In this document: positions 14,515 through 27,335 of the stretch, one piece after another
Layout: every line of letters starts with the position of its first letter
Numbering within the stretch: position 1 is the stretch's first letter
DNA from: a virus
Lineage: Duplodnaviria; Caudoviricetes
Length of the DNA: 36,481 nt
Virus record (IMG/VR): IMGVR_UViG_3300042299_000035
Location: 1-36,481 of that record
Reading direction: 5' to 3' (one strand)
Position numbers and translations under genes: made by a program
The notes under the pieces: generated by a model
Database searches by the model: none
What the model was told of the DNA's origin: nothing
The model's input: the letters and a program-made list of their open reading frames with translations, nothing else

Positions 14515-15760
14515 TTTTAGTTTGCTTCCTTGGCAACAAGAGGTGTTTAAAGACCAGACTAGATTCAAGGTAGTGGCTGCTGGGCGGCGGTGTGGGAAGA
14601 GTCGGATGGCGGCAGTTACCTTGTTGATAGAGGGACTCAAATGTCCTCAAGGGTCTGCTGTGTTGTATGTGTCTCCTACGATGGGACAGTCGAGGCAGAT
14701 TATCTGGGACTTGTTGTTAGACCTTGGTAGAGAGGTTATACAGAGTAGCCATGTAAACAACTTAGACATTACCCTGATAAACGGGGCTAGGATTTATGTT
14801 CGTGGGGCTGATAGACCTGATACCTTGCGTGGTGTGTCTTTGACTTATGCGGTGTTAGACGAGGTAGCGGATATTAAGCCAGAGGCTTGGGAACAGGTTA
14901 TTCGGGCTTCTTTGTCTGACAAGAAGGGTAGAGCGTTGTTTATTGGAACGCCAAAGGGTAGGAACTGGTTTCACGATACCTTCAAGTTGGGGGAGAGTGG
15001 TGAGGATTCTGATTGGAAGAGTTGGCACTTTACGACTGCTGATAACCCTTTGATCGACCCTACAGAGATAGAGAGTGCCAAGAAGACCTTGAGTACCTTT
15101 GCTTTTAAACAAGAGTACATGGCATCGTTCTCCAATGCGGGGAGTGATGTTTTCAAGGAAGAATGGATTAAATATGGGGAAAGACCGAATAAGGGGTCAT
15201 ATTTCATCTCTGTTGACTTAGCGGGGTTTGAGGAGGTTGCCAAACAAGCGGGTAATGCCAAGAAGCGGTTGGATGAGTCTGCTATCTGTGTGGTTTATGT
15301 CACAGAGGATGGAAAGTGGTTTGTTGACAAGATTATTCACGGAAGGTGGGATATTAGAACGACTGCTGTGAACATCTTGATGGCTATTCGGGATTACAGG
15401 CCACTTAGTATTGGGATTGAGAGGGGGGCGTTAAAGAACGCTGTTTTGCCCTATTTGAGCGACTTGATGAGGAAAAGTAACATCTATGCCCATATTGTTG
15501 ATTTAACGCATGGGAATAGGAAAAAAGCAGATAGAATTATCTGGGCATTGCAAGGAAGGTTTGAACATGGCAGAATCACGCTCAATTCAGAAGAGAATTG
15601 GGATGAGTTTGTTGACCAACTTCTAATGTTTCCCGCTCAGGGGGTTCACGATGATCTGCCTGATGCGCTTAGTTATATAGACCAGCTCGCCGTTACCTCA
15701 TACTTTGAGGAAGACGATACCGATGATTGGCAGCCTGTGGACATAATATCGGGGGTTTGA
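14501..15760 (+). CDS. terL: Terminase large subunit
   Basis: Walker A AGRRCGKS, Walker B VLDE, GTPKG, nuclease SVDLA and HDDLPDAL. Confidence 0.96.
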   Translation: MADLNFSLLPWQQEVFKDQTRFKVVAAGRRCGKSRMAAVTLLIEGLKCPQGSAVLYVSPTMGQSRQIIWDLLLDLGREVIQSSHVNNLDITLINGARIYVRGADRPDTLRGVSLTYAVLDEVADIKPEAWEQVIRASLSDKKGRALFIGTPKGRNWFHDTFKLGESGEDSDWKSWHFTTADNPLIDPTEIESAKKTLSTFAFKQEYMASFSNAGSDVFKEEWIKYGERPNKGSYFISVDLAGFEEVAKQAGNAKKRLDESAICVVYVTEDGKWFVDKIIHGRWDIRTTAVNILMAIRDYRPLSIGIERGALKNAVLPYLSDLMRKSNIYAHIVDLTHGNRKKADRIIWALQGRFEHGRITLNSEENWDEFVDQLLMFPAQGVHDDLPDALSYIDQLAVTSYFEEDDTDDWQPVDIISGV

Positions 15761-15762
15761 GC

Positions 15763-17777
15763 ATGGAATTTCAAGAGCCAACAGAATCTGATAAAGAACT
15801 CGTAGCGTTTGTTGTAAATCATTGTGATCGTTGGAGAGACTATCGCAATACCAATTATCTGGATGACTGGTTGGAATATGAGCGTATCTTTACTGGTGAA
15901 TGGGCTGCTGAAGATAAAACCCGTGATTCCGAGAGAAGCCGAATTGTCACTCCCGCTACCCAACAGGCTGTAGAAACCCGTCATGCAGAGATCATTGAGG
16001 CTATCTTTGGTCAAGGTGAGTTCTTTGACATTCAAGACGATATTCGTGATGTAAACAACAATCCATTGGATGTAGCCGCTATCAAGGCTCAACTGATGGA
16101 AGACTTCAAGATAGACAAGATTCGCAAGTCCATTGACCAGATTGAGTTGATGGCTGAAATCTATGGTACTGGCATTGGTGAAGTCATTGTTAAAACAGAG
16201 AAGATCTTTGTTCCCGCTACTCAGGCAATACCTGGTCAAGTCGGTCAAGCCGCTATTGGTGTGATTGAAAAGGACAGGATTGCAGTCAAGATTGTTCCTG
16301 TTAACCCTAAGAACTTCTTGTTTGACCCCAATGGGACTTCTATTGAAGACTGTATGGGTGTGGCTATTGAGAAGTATGTCTCTATCCACAAGATTGTTAG
16401 AGGTCAAGAAGAAGGCATCTATCGCAAGGTAGAAGTTGGTACTGATTCTGAAGACTCTGATTTAGAGCCTACTCAAGAGGTTAGCCAATACCAAGACGAC
16501 AAAGTTAAGCTATTGACGTACTATGGCTTAGTTCCACGAGAGTATCTTGACCAACTTGAGGATGAATCAGAAGTTGAAGACTTGTTCCCTGAAGACTCTG
16601 TTCAAGACGAGTATTCCGATCTGGTAGAAGCTATTGTTGTTATTGCTAATGACAATGTGCTTCTCAAAGCAGAAAAGAACCCTTACATGATGAAAGATAG
16701 GCCAATTCTGGCTTATCAAGACGATACAGTCCCTAATCGTTTGTTGGGTCGTGGTACTGTAGAGAAGGCTTATAACTCTCAGAAGGCTATTGACGCACAG
16801 ATTCGTTCACATTTGGACTCTCTGGCACTCACCACAAGCCCTATGATGGCTATGGATGCCACTAGATTGCCTAGAGGTGCTAAGTTTGAGGTAAAGCCAG
16901 GCAAAGCAATCCTGACAAACGGCAATCCATCAGAGATTTTGTTCCCGTTCAAGTTTGGAAATACCGATTCTGGGAACATTACCACTGCCAAAGAGTTCGA
17001 GAGAATGCTACTTCAGGCTACTGGAACACTAGACTCACAAGGAATGGTGTCCAATGTGTCTAGGGATGCGAATCAGGGCGGTATTTCGATGGCTGTTGCC
17101 TCGATTATCAAGAAATACAAGCGTACATTGGTGAACTTCCAAGAAGATTTCTTGATTCCGTTCATCAATAAGGCGGCTTTCCGCTATATGCAGTTTGACC
17201 CAGAGCGTTATCCTACCGTGGACATGAAGTTCATACCGACTGCGGCTTTGGGCATCATTGCTCGTGAGCATGAACAACAACAGTTCATTTCCTTACTCCA
17301 GACACTTGGCCCTAATACACCTGTTTTGCCTGTGATTCTCAAGGGAATCATGGCTAATTCTTCTTTGTCTAACAGATATGAGTTGATTCAGATGTTGGAT
17401 CAAATGGCTCAACCTGATCCACAAGCACAACAGATGCAACAAGCACAGCAAGAGTTGGCTCTACAAGCGGCACAGGCTCAGATTGCAGTTCAGACTACCC
17501 AAGCAGAGCAAAATCGTGCTGAAGCGGCTAAATTGATGACTGAAGCACAGTTAATGCCTCAAGAAGTCCAAGCCAAGACACTTGCTGCAACGACCAAGAA
17601 CTTGCCTGACAATGATGCTATGGCTGAAAAAGAATTCAATAAGCGTGTCAAAATCGCAGAATTGATGCTTAAAGAAAAAGACATTGAGAATAAGTTAAAG
17701 GTTGTTGAATTGCAAAACATGGACAAGAACGAGCAAAAAGCAAAAGACACCAACTTTCTCAAGAGTTTTGTTAATCA

Positions 17778-17781
<4 letters not shown>
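15763..17781 (+). CDS. Portal protein with C-terminal coiled-coil barrel
   Basis: Follows terL; ~672 aa; IYGTG, NFLFDP and LGRG motifs; Gln/Ala-rich helical C-terminus as in P22-like portals. Confidence 0.88.
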
Positions 17782-20158
<2,377 letters not shown>

Positions 20159-20602
20159 ATGGCACAGAACACAAACCCTATTTTTCCGCTAATCCCTGAA
20201 GTTACATGGGTAAGCGGTGTAGCAGCTAACGCAGCGACTCCCGGCGTGACGGCCAACACCACAACAGACCTGACCAGCGGCACGATTTACGGCCCGATCT
20301 TTACGGCTGGCCCGGTAGAAGGCTCACGGCTTGATTTTATTAAGGTTAGGGCGCTTGGCAGTAACGTGCAAACTGTTATCCGCATCTGGATTAACAATGG
20401 TGCGGCTACAACCACAGCAACAAACAATACGCTATTTTTAGATAGAACTTTGTTTTCAACTGCTGTTTCTCAAACAACCGAGTTGGTTGACACCTCCCTG
20501 TCGCTTAATATCAGCCTTCCTGCTGGTTATCGTGTGTATGCAACCTTTGGCACAGCAGTGGCGGCAGGTTTCCACTTAACTGCTGTTGGCGGGGATTACT
20601 AA
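20159..20602 (+). CDS. Virion structural protein (fibre-associated beta-sandwich)
   Basis: 147 aa, Thr/Ala-rich, NTNPIF start and GGDY end; within the fibre cassette. Confidence 0.6.
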   Translation: MAQNTNPIFPLIPEVTWVSGVAANAATPGVTANTTTDLTSGTIYGPIFTAGPVEGSRLDFIKVRALGSNVQTVIRIWINNGAATTTATNNTLFLDRTLFSTAVSQTTELVDTSLSLNISLPAGYRVYATFGTAVAAGFHLTAVGGDY

Positions 20603-21828
20603 TGTTTACCGGGTTTGCTTCTGAAAATACTCCGGCTTTTCAGGTCTGGGATTTGTCAAACACCTATTCTGGCGCGCCACGACTTGTTTTGCAAGATGAT
20701 TGCGCCCCCATTCAAATTATAAAAACTGGAGGTTCCAACTCTCAGGTGCAACTTTTTTTATCAACTTCTCCAGTAGAGGGAAGAACAATAAAAATTGTTA
20801 ACTGCCGATACGGTTCGGAAAGTCAAATAATCAACGTATTTTCTTCCGACACAACGCAGCAGTCTAATCCTGTTTTTGCAATTGGGCCGGGTCAATATAT
20901 AGAAACGTGTTTTATTTCTAGTATGAGGAGTTTTGGTCAAATTGGAGGTGTTCTAGCTTCTGGTTGGGTTACGATAAATCAAGCCTCCTCATCAAATTCC
21001 AACGCTTATGGGGTTGTTGTTGGTGGCTTGTCTAATAGGGCTGTCTCACAATATTCTGGGGTTGTGGCAGGCAATGGAAATTCTGCATCAGGAACACGCG
21101 CTGGTGTTCTGGGAGGTATAGGCAACACATCGGGCGGCATTGATACGGGTGTTGTTGGGGGAAACAGCAATTTTATTACGGGCGACCGCGCTGCTTCTTT
21201 GGGCGGTCAGAGCAACCAAGCAAGCGGTACAAATGCTGCTGTTGTTGGTGGTTCAAGCAATAACGCAACAAACACTAATTCCGCTGTATTGGGCGGTAAT
21301 AGTCATTTGTGTTCTAGTTCTTCCGCAGTAATTGTTGGTGGAACTTATGGATCATCAAGAAGCATTATCGGGAATTTAGTTTTACCCGCAAGTCAAAATC
21401 CAATTGTTAGTTCTTTTGGTCTTTCTCAATCAGCAACATTGGTTCTTGGCCGTGAAACAACAAACGCAACTGCCACAAGACTTACAAGTAACAACACTTC
21501 CACTGGAAGTACGGTTAACCAAGTAATCCTACCCGACAACAGCGCCTATACATTCCAAGGCACTTGCATTGCAGCAAGGACTGCCGCTGGCGATACTTCT
21601 TCATGGAAGTTTGAGGGTGCAATCAAGCGCGGTGCTAACGCTGCATCCACAACTCTGGTTGCGGCTGTGACTCCAACTGTTATTGCTCAAGACGCAGGGG
21701 CTTCTACATGGGTCTTGGCTATTACTGCTGACACAACCAATGGCGGTATCGCTGTAACTGTTACTGGCGCAGCGGCTACCACAATCCGATGGGTAGCAAA
21801 AATCGAAACAACTGAGGTAACTTTCTAA
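20602..21828 (+). CDS. Fibre/adhesin with YadA-head-like ~14-aa repeats
   Basis: Repeats of N.ASG..A.V.GG..N in the middle; beta-rich C-terminal domain. Confidence 0.7.
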   Translation: MFTGFASENTPAFQVWDLSNTYSGAPRLVLQDDCAPIQIIKTGGSNSQVQLFLSTSPVEGRTIKIVNCRYGSESQIINVFSSDTTQQSNPVFAIGPGQYIETCFISSMRSFGQIGGVLASGWVTINQASSSNSNAYGVVVGGLSNRAVSQYSGVVAGNGNSASGTRAGVLGGIGNTSGGIDTGVVGGNSNFITGDRAASLGGQSNQASGTNAAVVGGSSNNATNTNSAVLGGNSHLCSSSSAVIVGGTYGSSRSIIGNLVLPASQNPIVSSFGLSQSATLVLGRETTNATATRLTSNNTSTGSTVNQVILPDNSAYTFQGTCIAARTAAGDTSSWKFEGAIKRGANAASTTLVAAVTPTVIAQDAGASTWVLAITADTTNGGIAVTVTGAAATTIRWVAKIETTEVTF

Positions 21829-22091
21829 TGGCTCTGAAAATCTCTATCCCAACAAGCAATGTAGGCGTTCCATTCACAGACGCTTATGCCCGTATCACGA
21901 ACATCTTTGGCAACAAAGACCAAGTGCAGTATCAAGTGTCTGTGTCTGCCAATGCTGACGCTAGGCAAGCAAATGCTCAAGAAGTGGCACAACACGCCTT
22001 CTATTGCCCAACTCCACAGGGTAATCTGATGGATGGTCTATATGCTGACCTGAAACTGCAAGTAGGTTTTGAGGACGCTGAAGACTGCTAA
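21828..22091 (+). CDS. Small fibre-associated protein (putative assembly chaperone)
   Basis: 87 aa, TAATG-coupled downstream of the adhesin. Confidence 0.5.
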   Translation: MALKISIPTSNVGVPFTDAYARITNIFGNKDQVQYQVSVSANADARQANAQEVAQHAFYCPTPQGNLMDGLYADLKLQVGFEDAEDC

Positions 22092-22093
22092 GT

Positions 22094-23140
22094 ATGAAAA
22101 TAGCTGTCTACGCCATCAGCAAAAACGAAGCGCATTTCGTTAAACGGTTTTGTGATTCAGCCAAAGATGCTGATTTGATTGTCATTGCTGACACAGGCTC
22201 AACTGATGATACTGTTCAGCAAGCAATGAATGCTGGCGCTAGAGTGTTTGATATATGCGTAAAACCTTGGCGCTTTGACAAAGCCAGAGATGCCGCACTT
22301 GCCTTACTTCCATCTGACATTGATATTTGTATATCTCTTGATTTAGACGAAGTGCTAGAGCCAGGATGGAGAAAAGAGATAGAACGGGTATGGAAAACAG
22401 ATACAACCCGTATGCGATATAAGTTTGATTGGAGCAATGGCGTGGTGTTTTACAGCGAGAAAATCCACCATCGCTACGGCTACCACTGGCATCACCCAAT
22501 CCATGAATACATCCGTGCTGACAACAGAATCCCAGAGGTGTACGCACACACCGATATGTTGCTTGTCAGTCACCATCCTGACGAAACAAAGTCACGAAGC
22601 CAATATCTACCCTTGCTTGAGTTGGCGGTCAAAGAAGACCCGTACTGCCACAGAAATGCTTTTTACTACGCAAGAGAACTGACGTTCTACAACCAGTGGA
22701 AAGAGGCCATCCCTGCGCTCAAGAAGTACCTGACAATGCCACAGGCAAGTTGGAGCCATGAGCGATGCTATGCCATGAGGCTTTTGGGCAAGTCACACGA
22801 AAGCCTTGGTGAGATCAAAGAGGCTGAGAAGTGGTATCAGGGCGCTTGTCTTGAGGAGGCTAACACCCGTGAGCCTTGGGTAGATTACGCCATGTTCTGC
22901 TACAACACTAACGATTGGGAGACTTGTTACTTTGCGGCAAACAGGGCGCTAAAGATTAAAGAAAAATTGGAGGTCTACACAATGGACCCATCTGCATGGT
23001 CTGACAAACCACACGACCTTTGCAGTATTGCCGCTTGGCATCTTGGATACAAAGATAAAGCAAGACAAGAACTTGATGAGGCTTTAAAGTTTAAGCCACA
23101 TGACCAGAGATTACTTGCCAATAAGGAATGGATGAAATGA
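22094..23140 (+). CDS. GT2-family glycosyltransferase with C-terminal TPR repeats
   Basis: I.VYAISKNE, ADTGSTD, DXD motif LDLDE, IHE; TPR-like helices (FYYAREL; AMRLLGKSHESLGEIKEAEKWY). Confidence 0.9.
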   Translation: MKIAVYAISKNEAHFVKRFCDSAKDADLIVIADTGSTDDTVQQAMNAGARVFDICVKPWRFDKARDAALALLPSDIDICISLDLDEVLEPGWRKEIERVWKTDTTRMRYKFDWSNGVVFYSEKIHHRYGYHWHHPIHEYIRADNRIPEVYAHTDMLLVSHHPDETKSRSQYLPLLELAVKEDPYCHRNAFYYARELTFYNQWKEAIPALKKYLTMPQASWSHERCYAMRLLGKSHESLGEIKEAEKWYQGACLEEANTREPWVDYAMFCYNTNDWETCYFAANRALKIKEKLEVYTMDPSAWSDKPHDLCSIAAWHLGYKDKARQELDEALKFKPHDQRLLANKEWMK

Positions 23141-23364
23141 CTCCAGAACTCGAAAAGTACTATACAGATCGGTTTGAGATGATGTCAACCGAGGGATGGA
23201 AAGATTTAATTGAAGATATTGACAAAATAATAGCAACTTTGAATAATATCTCTGTAATAGATAGTGAGAAAGACCTACAATTCAAAAAAGGTGAACTTTC
23301 TATTCTTTCTTGGCTGAAAAATCTTAAAGAGATCAGCGAAAGAGCATATGAAGAAATTTTATGA
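23137..23364 (+). CDS. Conserved small head-module protein
   Basis: ATGA overlap; EGWKDL ... FKKGEL.IL..L pattern. Confidence 0.7.
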   Translation: MTPELEKYYTDRFEMMSTEGWKDLIEDIDKIIATLNNISVIDSEKDLQFKKGELSILSWLKNLKEISERAYEEIL

Positions 23365-23575
23365 TTACGTCTGTGAAAACGGACACAAAACAGAAAGATT
23401 CGTTGATTATGAGGCAACGGGTCTAATGTGTGAGTGTGGTGCAAATGCAACACGTTTACTATCTGCGCCAGCATTTCGACTTGAAGGATGGTCTGGTTCT
23501 TTTCCATCGGCATATGCCAAATTTGGGAAGAGCCATGTTGACAAGTTGAAGTCTGAGCAGAAACTCAACTCATAA
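23348..23575 (+). CDS. FmdB-like zinc-ribbon protein
   Basis: YDYVCENGH..E ... CECG..A.RLLSAP. Confidence 0.75.
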   Translation: MKKFYDYVCENGHKTERFVDYEATGLMCECGANATRLLSAPAFRLEGWSGSFPSAYAKFGKSHVDKLKSEQKLNS

Positions 23576-23632
23576 GCAATTATGCCGAGTTGAATCTCCT
23601 ACAACCGAGAACGGCAGGAAAAAGGAAAAAGT

Positions 23633-24367
23633 ATGCTGATTGATGAAGAGCCAAATGAACTAGAAGCGGTAGAGCAACAAGCCAAGCCCGAACTCCCTGA
23701 GAAATACAGGGATAAAAGTCTGGACGAGGTAGTGCGAATGCACCAAGAGGCTGAGAAGCTCATTGGTAAACAAGCACAAGAGGTCGGAGAAGTCCGAAAG
23801 CTCGCTGATGAACTCATTAGGCAGAACCTCACTGTTAAACAACAACAGCAGCAAACTAGAGATGTTGAGCCTGAAGTAGATTTCTTTGAGAATCCACAGA
23901 TGGCAGTTCAAAAGACTGTTGATAGTCACCCTGACATCATTGCGGCGCGTCAAGCCATGCTAGAGATGAAAAGGGCGCAAATTCAGCAAAAGTTAGCGCA
24001 AGAACATCCTGATTTTGGCGATATTGCTAAAAATGAGGACTTTGCAAATTGGGTTAAATCTAGCCCTGTACGCATTGACTTGTTCAAACGTGCTGATGCA
24101 GAATTTGACTATGATTCAGCCAATGAACTGTTATCTACCTACAAAGAACTTCGCTCTGTCAAACAAAAGCAAATGAGTACCGCTGGTGAAGCAACTCGTA
24201 AGCAGAATTTGAAAGCAGTTGGGGTTGATGTAGGTGGTTCTGGGGAATCATCAAAGAGGGTTTATCGTAGGGCTGACCTTATTCGGCTGAAAATGCAAGA
24301 CCCGACTCGTTATGAGGCGCTTTCAGATGAAATTATGCAAGCGTATTCAGAAGGTCGTGTTAAGTAA
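23633..24367 (+). CDS. Capsid scaffolding protein
   Basis: Acidic helical protein, LPEKY.DKS motif, C-terminal AYSEGRVK; directly before the capsid gene. Confidence 0.8.
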   Translation: MLIDEEPNELEAVEQQAKPELPEKYRDKSLDEVVRMHQEAEKLIGKQAQEVGEVRKLADELIRQNLTVKQQQQQTRDVEPEVDFFENPQMAVQKTVDSHPDIIAARQAMLEMKRAQIQQKLAQEHPDFGDIAKNEDFANWVKSSPVRIDLFKRADAEFDYDSANELLSTYKELRSVKQKQMSTAGEATRKQNLKAVGVDVGGSGESSKRVYRRADLIRLKMQDPTRYEALSDEIMQAYSEGRVK

Positions 24368-24391
24368 ACTTAACTTATTGGAGATTTAATT

Positions 24392-25366
24392 ATGGCAAAT
24401 ACCGCCTTTTCCCCCACAAATAGTGTAACCACTACATCCGCAGCTAACTTCATTCCAGAGATTTGGAGTGATGAAATTGTTGCCGCCTATAAAAAGAACC
24501 TTGTTTTGGCTAATTTGGTCAAGAAGATGTCTTTCAAAGGCAAAAAGGGTGACACAGTCAATATCCCTAGCCCTGCTCGTGGTTCAGCAACAGCTAAAGC
24601 CGCTACAGATGCAGTTACTTTGATTGCTGAGAGCGACACTAACATTCAAGTGTTGATCAACAAGCACTATGAGTACTCACGTTTGATCGAAGACATCGTT
24701 GAAGTTCAAGCCTTGACATCACTGCGTTCTTTCTACACAGAAGACGCTGGTTATGCTTTGGCTCGCCGCATCGACACAGACTTGGTTCAATTGGGTCGTG
24801 CTTTCAACGGCGCTACAGTTGGTACTGATGACTATGCTACTAGCAACACTACTACCAAAGCCTTTGTTGGCTCTGATGGTACTACTGCTTACAACAGCAC
24901 ATCCTCTAACGCTGCCGCTTTGACTGATGCCGCTATTCGTCGCACCATTCAGCGTTTGGACGACAACGATGTTCCTATGGATGGTCGTTTCTTCCTGATC
25001 CCACCTTCAAGCCGTAACACGCTGATGGGTTTGGCTCGTTACACTGAGCAAGCATTTGTCGGCAATGGCGATGCAATCCGCAATGGTGAAATTGGTCAGC
25101 TCTACGGCATGGCTGTGTTCGCATCTTCTAATGCTGACTTTGGTGCTGGTTCTTCTGGTGCTGACCGCATTTGCTTGATGGGTCACAAAGACTCTATGGT
25201 GTTGGTTGAGCAGTTGGGCATCCGTTCACAGACTCAGTACAAACAAGAGTACCTCGGTACATTGTTCACTGCTGATACCATTTATGGTGTGAAGGCTTTG
25301 CGTACAAACGCTACAAGCTCTGCCGCTAACGCTTCTGCTGCCTTTGCCTTGGCAGTTCCAGCCTAA
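24392..25366 (+). CDS. Major capsid protein
   Basis: FIPEIWS, KGDTVNIP, LDDNDVP..GR, GEIGQLYG and DTIYGV motifs; strong RBS, biased codons, followed by a terminator. Confidence 0.92.
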   Translation: MANTAFSPTNSVTTTSAANFIPEIWSDEIVAAYKKNLVLANLVKKMSFKGKKGDTVNIPSPARGSATAKAATDAVTLIAESDTNIQVLINKHYEYSRLIEDIVEVQALTSLRSFYTEDAGYALARRIDTDLVQLGRAFNGATVGTDDYATSNTTTKAFVGSDGTTAYNSTSSNAAALTDAAIRRTIQRLDDNDVPMDGRFFLIPPSSRNTLMGLARYTEQAFVGNGDAIRNGEIGQLYGMAVFASSNADFGAGSSGADRICLMGHKDSMVLVEQLGIRSQTQYKQEYLGTLFTADTIYGVKALRTNATSSAANASAAFALAVPA

Positions 25367-25378
25367 TTGTTGCCACTT

Positions 25379-25410
25379 CTCCCCTGCCTTAATCGGTGGG
25401 GGAGTTTTTT
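25379..25410 (+). terminator. Rho-independent terminator after the capsid gene
   Basis: CTCCCCTGCC-ttaatc-GGTGGGGGAG-TTTTTT. Confidence 0.85.
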
Positions 25411-25432
25411 CTTAATCTAGGAGGAATTTATT

Positions 25433-25756
25433 ATGGCAACCGCATCCGCAGTAACAGCTCGTCGTGGTAACGACCAGTTCCGTGGCCTTTTCAGTGATAC
25501 ATGGGCAGTAACTTGCACTATGAACGCTGGTTCATTGGTTGATGGTGCTGGCGAGACAGACGACATTACAGTACCAGGCGTTGCGCTTGGTGACATGGTC
25601 ATTGGCGCATCTTTGGGTGTTGACTTGGTTGGTTTGACAGTAACAGGTTATGTTTCTGCCGCTAATACAGTCAAGTTCCGCATTCAGAATGAGTCTGGCT
25701 CAAGTGCTGACTTGGCTTCTACGACAATGAAGATTGTTGTTGTTCGCATGGTCTAA
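25433..25756 (+). CDS. Putative capsid decoration/cement protein
   Basis: 107 aa, beta-rich; ITVPGVALGD.V ... GYVSAANTV..R..N; GGAGG RBS. Confidence 0.6.
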   Translation: MATASAVTARRGNDQFRGLFSDTWAVTCTMNAGSLVDGAGETDDITVPGVALGDMVIGASLGVDLVGLTVTGYVSAANTVKFRIQNESGSSADLASTTMKIVVVRMV

Positions 25757-25760
25757 AACT

Positions 25761-25785
25761 AAAGGGGGCTAATAACCCCCTTTTT
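25761..25785 (+). terminator. Rho-independent terminator
   Basis: AAAGGGGG-ctaataa-CCCCCTTTTT. Confidence 0.75.
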
Positions 25786-25797
25786 CAAAGGATTCTT

Positions 25798-25995
25798 ATG
25801 GCTACATTTCGTTGTTTAACAAGCGGTCAAACAGTAACTTTTGTTCATCAGCACGATATTGACAGCATGAAAGGTCATGCAGGATATGTCAGAATTGATG
25901 GAGAAGAAAAAGAGTCCTTTGAAAAACCAGTAGTTCTATCACCTCCTACTCCTGTCAAGAAGCTAGGTAGACCAAAGAAAGTCGCAAATGTCTGA
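25798..25995 (+). CDS. Hypothetical protein with C-terminal GRPKK motif
   Basis: 65 aa; AAGGA RBS. Confidence 0.7.
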   Translation: MATFRCLTSGQTVTFVHQHDIDSMKGHAGYVRIDGEEKESFEKPVVLSPPTPVKKLGRPKKVANV

Positions 25996-26191
25996 TATTG
26001 ATCCACGAGAGTTTGGCAAACTAGAAGCCCAAGTTGAGGCTTTACAGGCAGAAGTTCATGCCATGCGTGAAGACATCAAAGCTCTGTTAGAGATGGCTAA
26101 CAAGTCTAAAGGTGGTTTCTTTGTCGGGATGGCTATTGCATCTGTTGTTGGTGGCATTATTTCGTTTATTGCGACTAAGGTAATACGATGA
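25988..26191 (+). CDS. Coiled-coil plus C-terminal TM protein (XhlA/holin-like)
   Basis: FGKLEAQVEAL heptads then GGFFVGMAIASVVGGIISFIA. Confidence 0.6.
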   Translation: MSDIDPREFGKLEAQVEALQAEVHAMREDIKALLEMANKSKGGFFVGMAIASVVGGIISFIATKVIR

Positions 26192-26592
26192 GCCTCTTAT
26201 CTGGTGCTATCTGTCCAATAGCTACTCAAGATATTCAGATCAATCTGAAGAACCGCAACAATGCGTTCAAGAAGTTTGGCTATGGCCCACCTAACCCAGA
26301 AGAACCCAATAATGCGTTTTGGCTAAAGAAGGCCAAGATGTATAACGCACCTACTGAAAGCATTAAATCAATGCTCTGCGGTAATTGTGCGGCTTTTATC
26401 CAGACTCCTAAGATGATGGAATGCATCATTGGTGGACTAGAGAAGGATGAAGGCGAAGACGAATTGTCTTATGACGAAGAGTTCATCAAAGCCGCTGATC
26501 TCGGCTATTGTGACTTGTTTCAGTTCACTTGTGCTTCCGCCCGCACTTGTGATGCGTGGAAAGGTGGCGGCCCTATAACCAAGGAAAAATGA
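26188..26592 (+). CDS. Cys-rich hypothetical protein
   Basis: YGP.NP, CGNCAAF and GYC..F.F.CASARTCDAW motifs. Confidence 0.75.
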   Translation: MSLLSGAICPIATQDIQINLKNRNNAFKKFGYGPPNPEEPNNAFWLKKAKMYNAPTESIKSMLCGNCAAFIQTPKMMECIIGGLEKDEGEDELSYDEEFIKAADLGYCDLFQFTCASARTCDAWKGGGPITKEK

Positions 26593-26753
26593 TGTACGGA
26601 AAATCACCCAAAATGACCAGTTCTAAAGCCCCTAAGAAGGCCAAAGGTATGCCTGTAACCATCATGGTTGCTGTTGGTAAGCCTAAGTCTATGCCTGTTC
26701 GTGGTAGCCGTACTGCTACTAACATGATGAAGAAATCAGGTCGTAGCAAATGA
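26589..26753 (+). CDS. Tiny basic protein (54 aa)
   Basis: ATGA overlaps; Lys/Met-rich, no acidic residues. Confidence 0.6.
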   Translation: MMYGKSPKMTSSKAPKKAKGMPVTIMVAVGKPKSMPVRGSRTATNMMKKSGRSK

Positions 26754-26902
26754 AAAAGACCAAAGCAGAGGCCAAGATCTCTAAGGTTATGCGAGAGTAC
26801 AAGGCGGGAACGCTTCACTCTGGCAAGGGTGGCCCTGTAGTCAAGAAGCCTAAACAGGCTATTGCCATTGCTTTATCTCAGGCTAGGAAGGTCAAGAAAT
26901 GA
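26750..26902 (+). CDS. Tiny basic protein (50 aa, KVMREYKAGTLHSG...QAIAIALS)
   Basis: Not in track; ATGA overlaps on both sides. Confidence 0.75.
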   Translation: MKKTKAEAKISKVMREYKAGTLHSGKGGPVVKKPKQAIAIALSQARKVKK

Positions 26903-27045
26903 AACAAGGTCTTTACGCTAATATCAATGCCAAAAGAGAGCGCATCAAAGCTGGTTCTAAGGAAAAGATGCGTAAGGTTGGTTCTAAAGGTGCTCCTACT
27001 GAGGCGGCATTTAAGGCTGCGGCTAAGACCGCAAAGAAGAAATGA
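26899..27045 (+). CDS. Tiny basic protein (48 aa, GLYANINAKRERIKAGSKEKMRK)
   Basis: Not in track; ATGA overlaps on both sides. Confidence 0.75.
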   Translation: MKQGLYANINAKRERIKAGSKEKMRKVGSKGAPTEAAFKAAAKTAKKK

Positions 27046-27335
27046 AATCCCCTGCTTGGCAAACAAAGGCTGGAAAAAACCCGAAAGGGGGCTTGAATGC
27101 CAAGGGTAGAGCATCGTATAATGCAGAAACAGGTGGCAATTTAAAGCCTCCAGTCAAGTCGGGAGACAACCCTCGTAGGGCATCCTTTTTAGCACGTATG
27201 GGCAATATGCCTGGCGCTGAGATGAAAGATGGAAAGCCTACCCGACTTTTACTTTCTCTTAGAGCTTGGGGCGCAACGTCCAAGGAAGACGCTAAAGCAA
27301 AGGCTAAAGCGATCTCTAAGAGGAATAAGAAATGA
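27042..27335 (+). CDS. Basic hypothetical protein (GKNPKGGLNAKGRASYN ... RRASFLARM)
   Basis: 97 aa; ATGA-coupled. Confidence 0.75.
   Translation: MKSPAWQTKAGKNPKGGLNAKGRASYNAETGGNLKPPVKSGDNPRRASFLARMGNMPGAEMKDGKPTRLLLSLRAWGATSKEDAKAKAKAISKRNKK

Noticed and set aside
15673-16407. 244-aa antisense ORF over the portal gene
   Set aside because: No recognisable motif; typical antisense open frame caused by codon bias.
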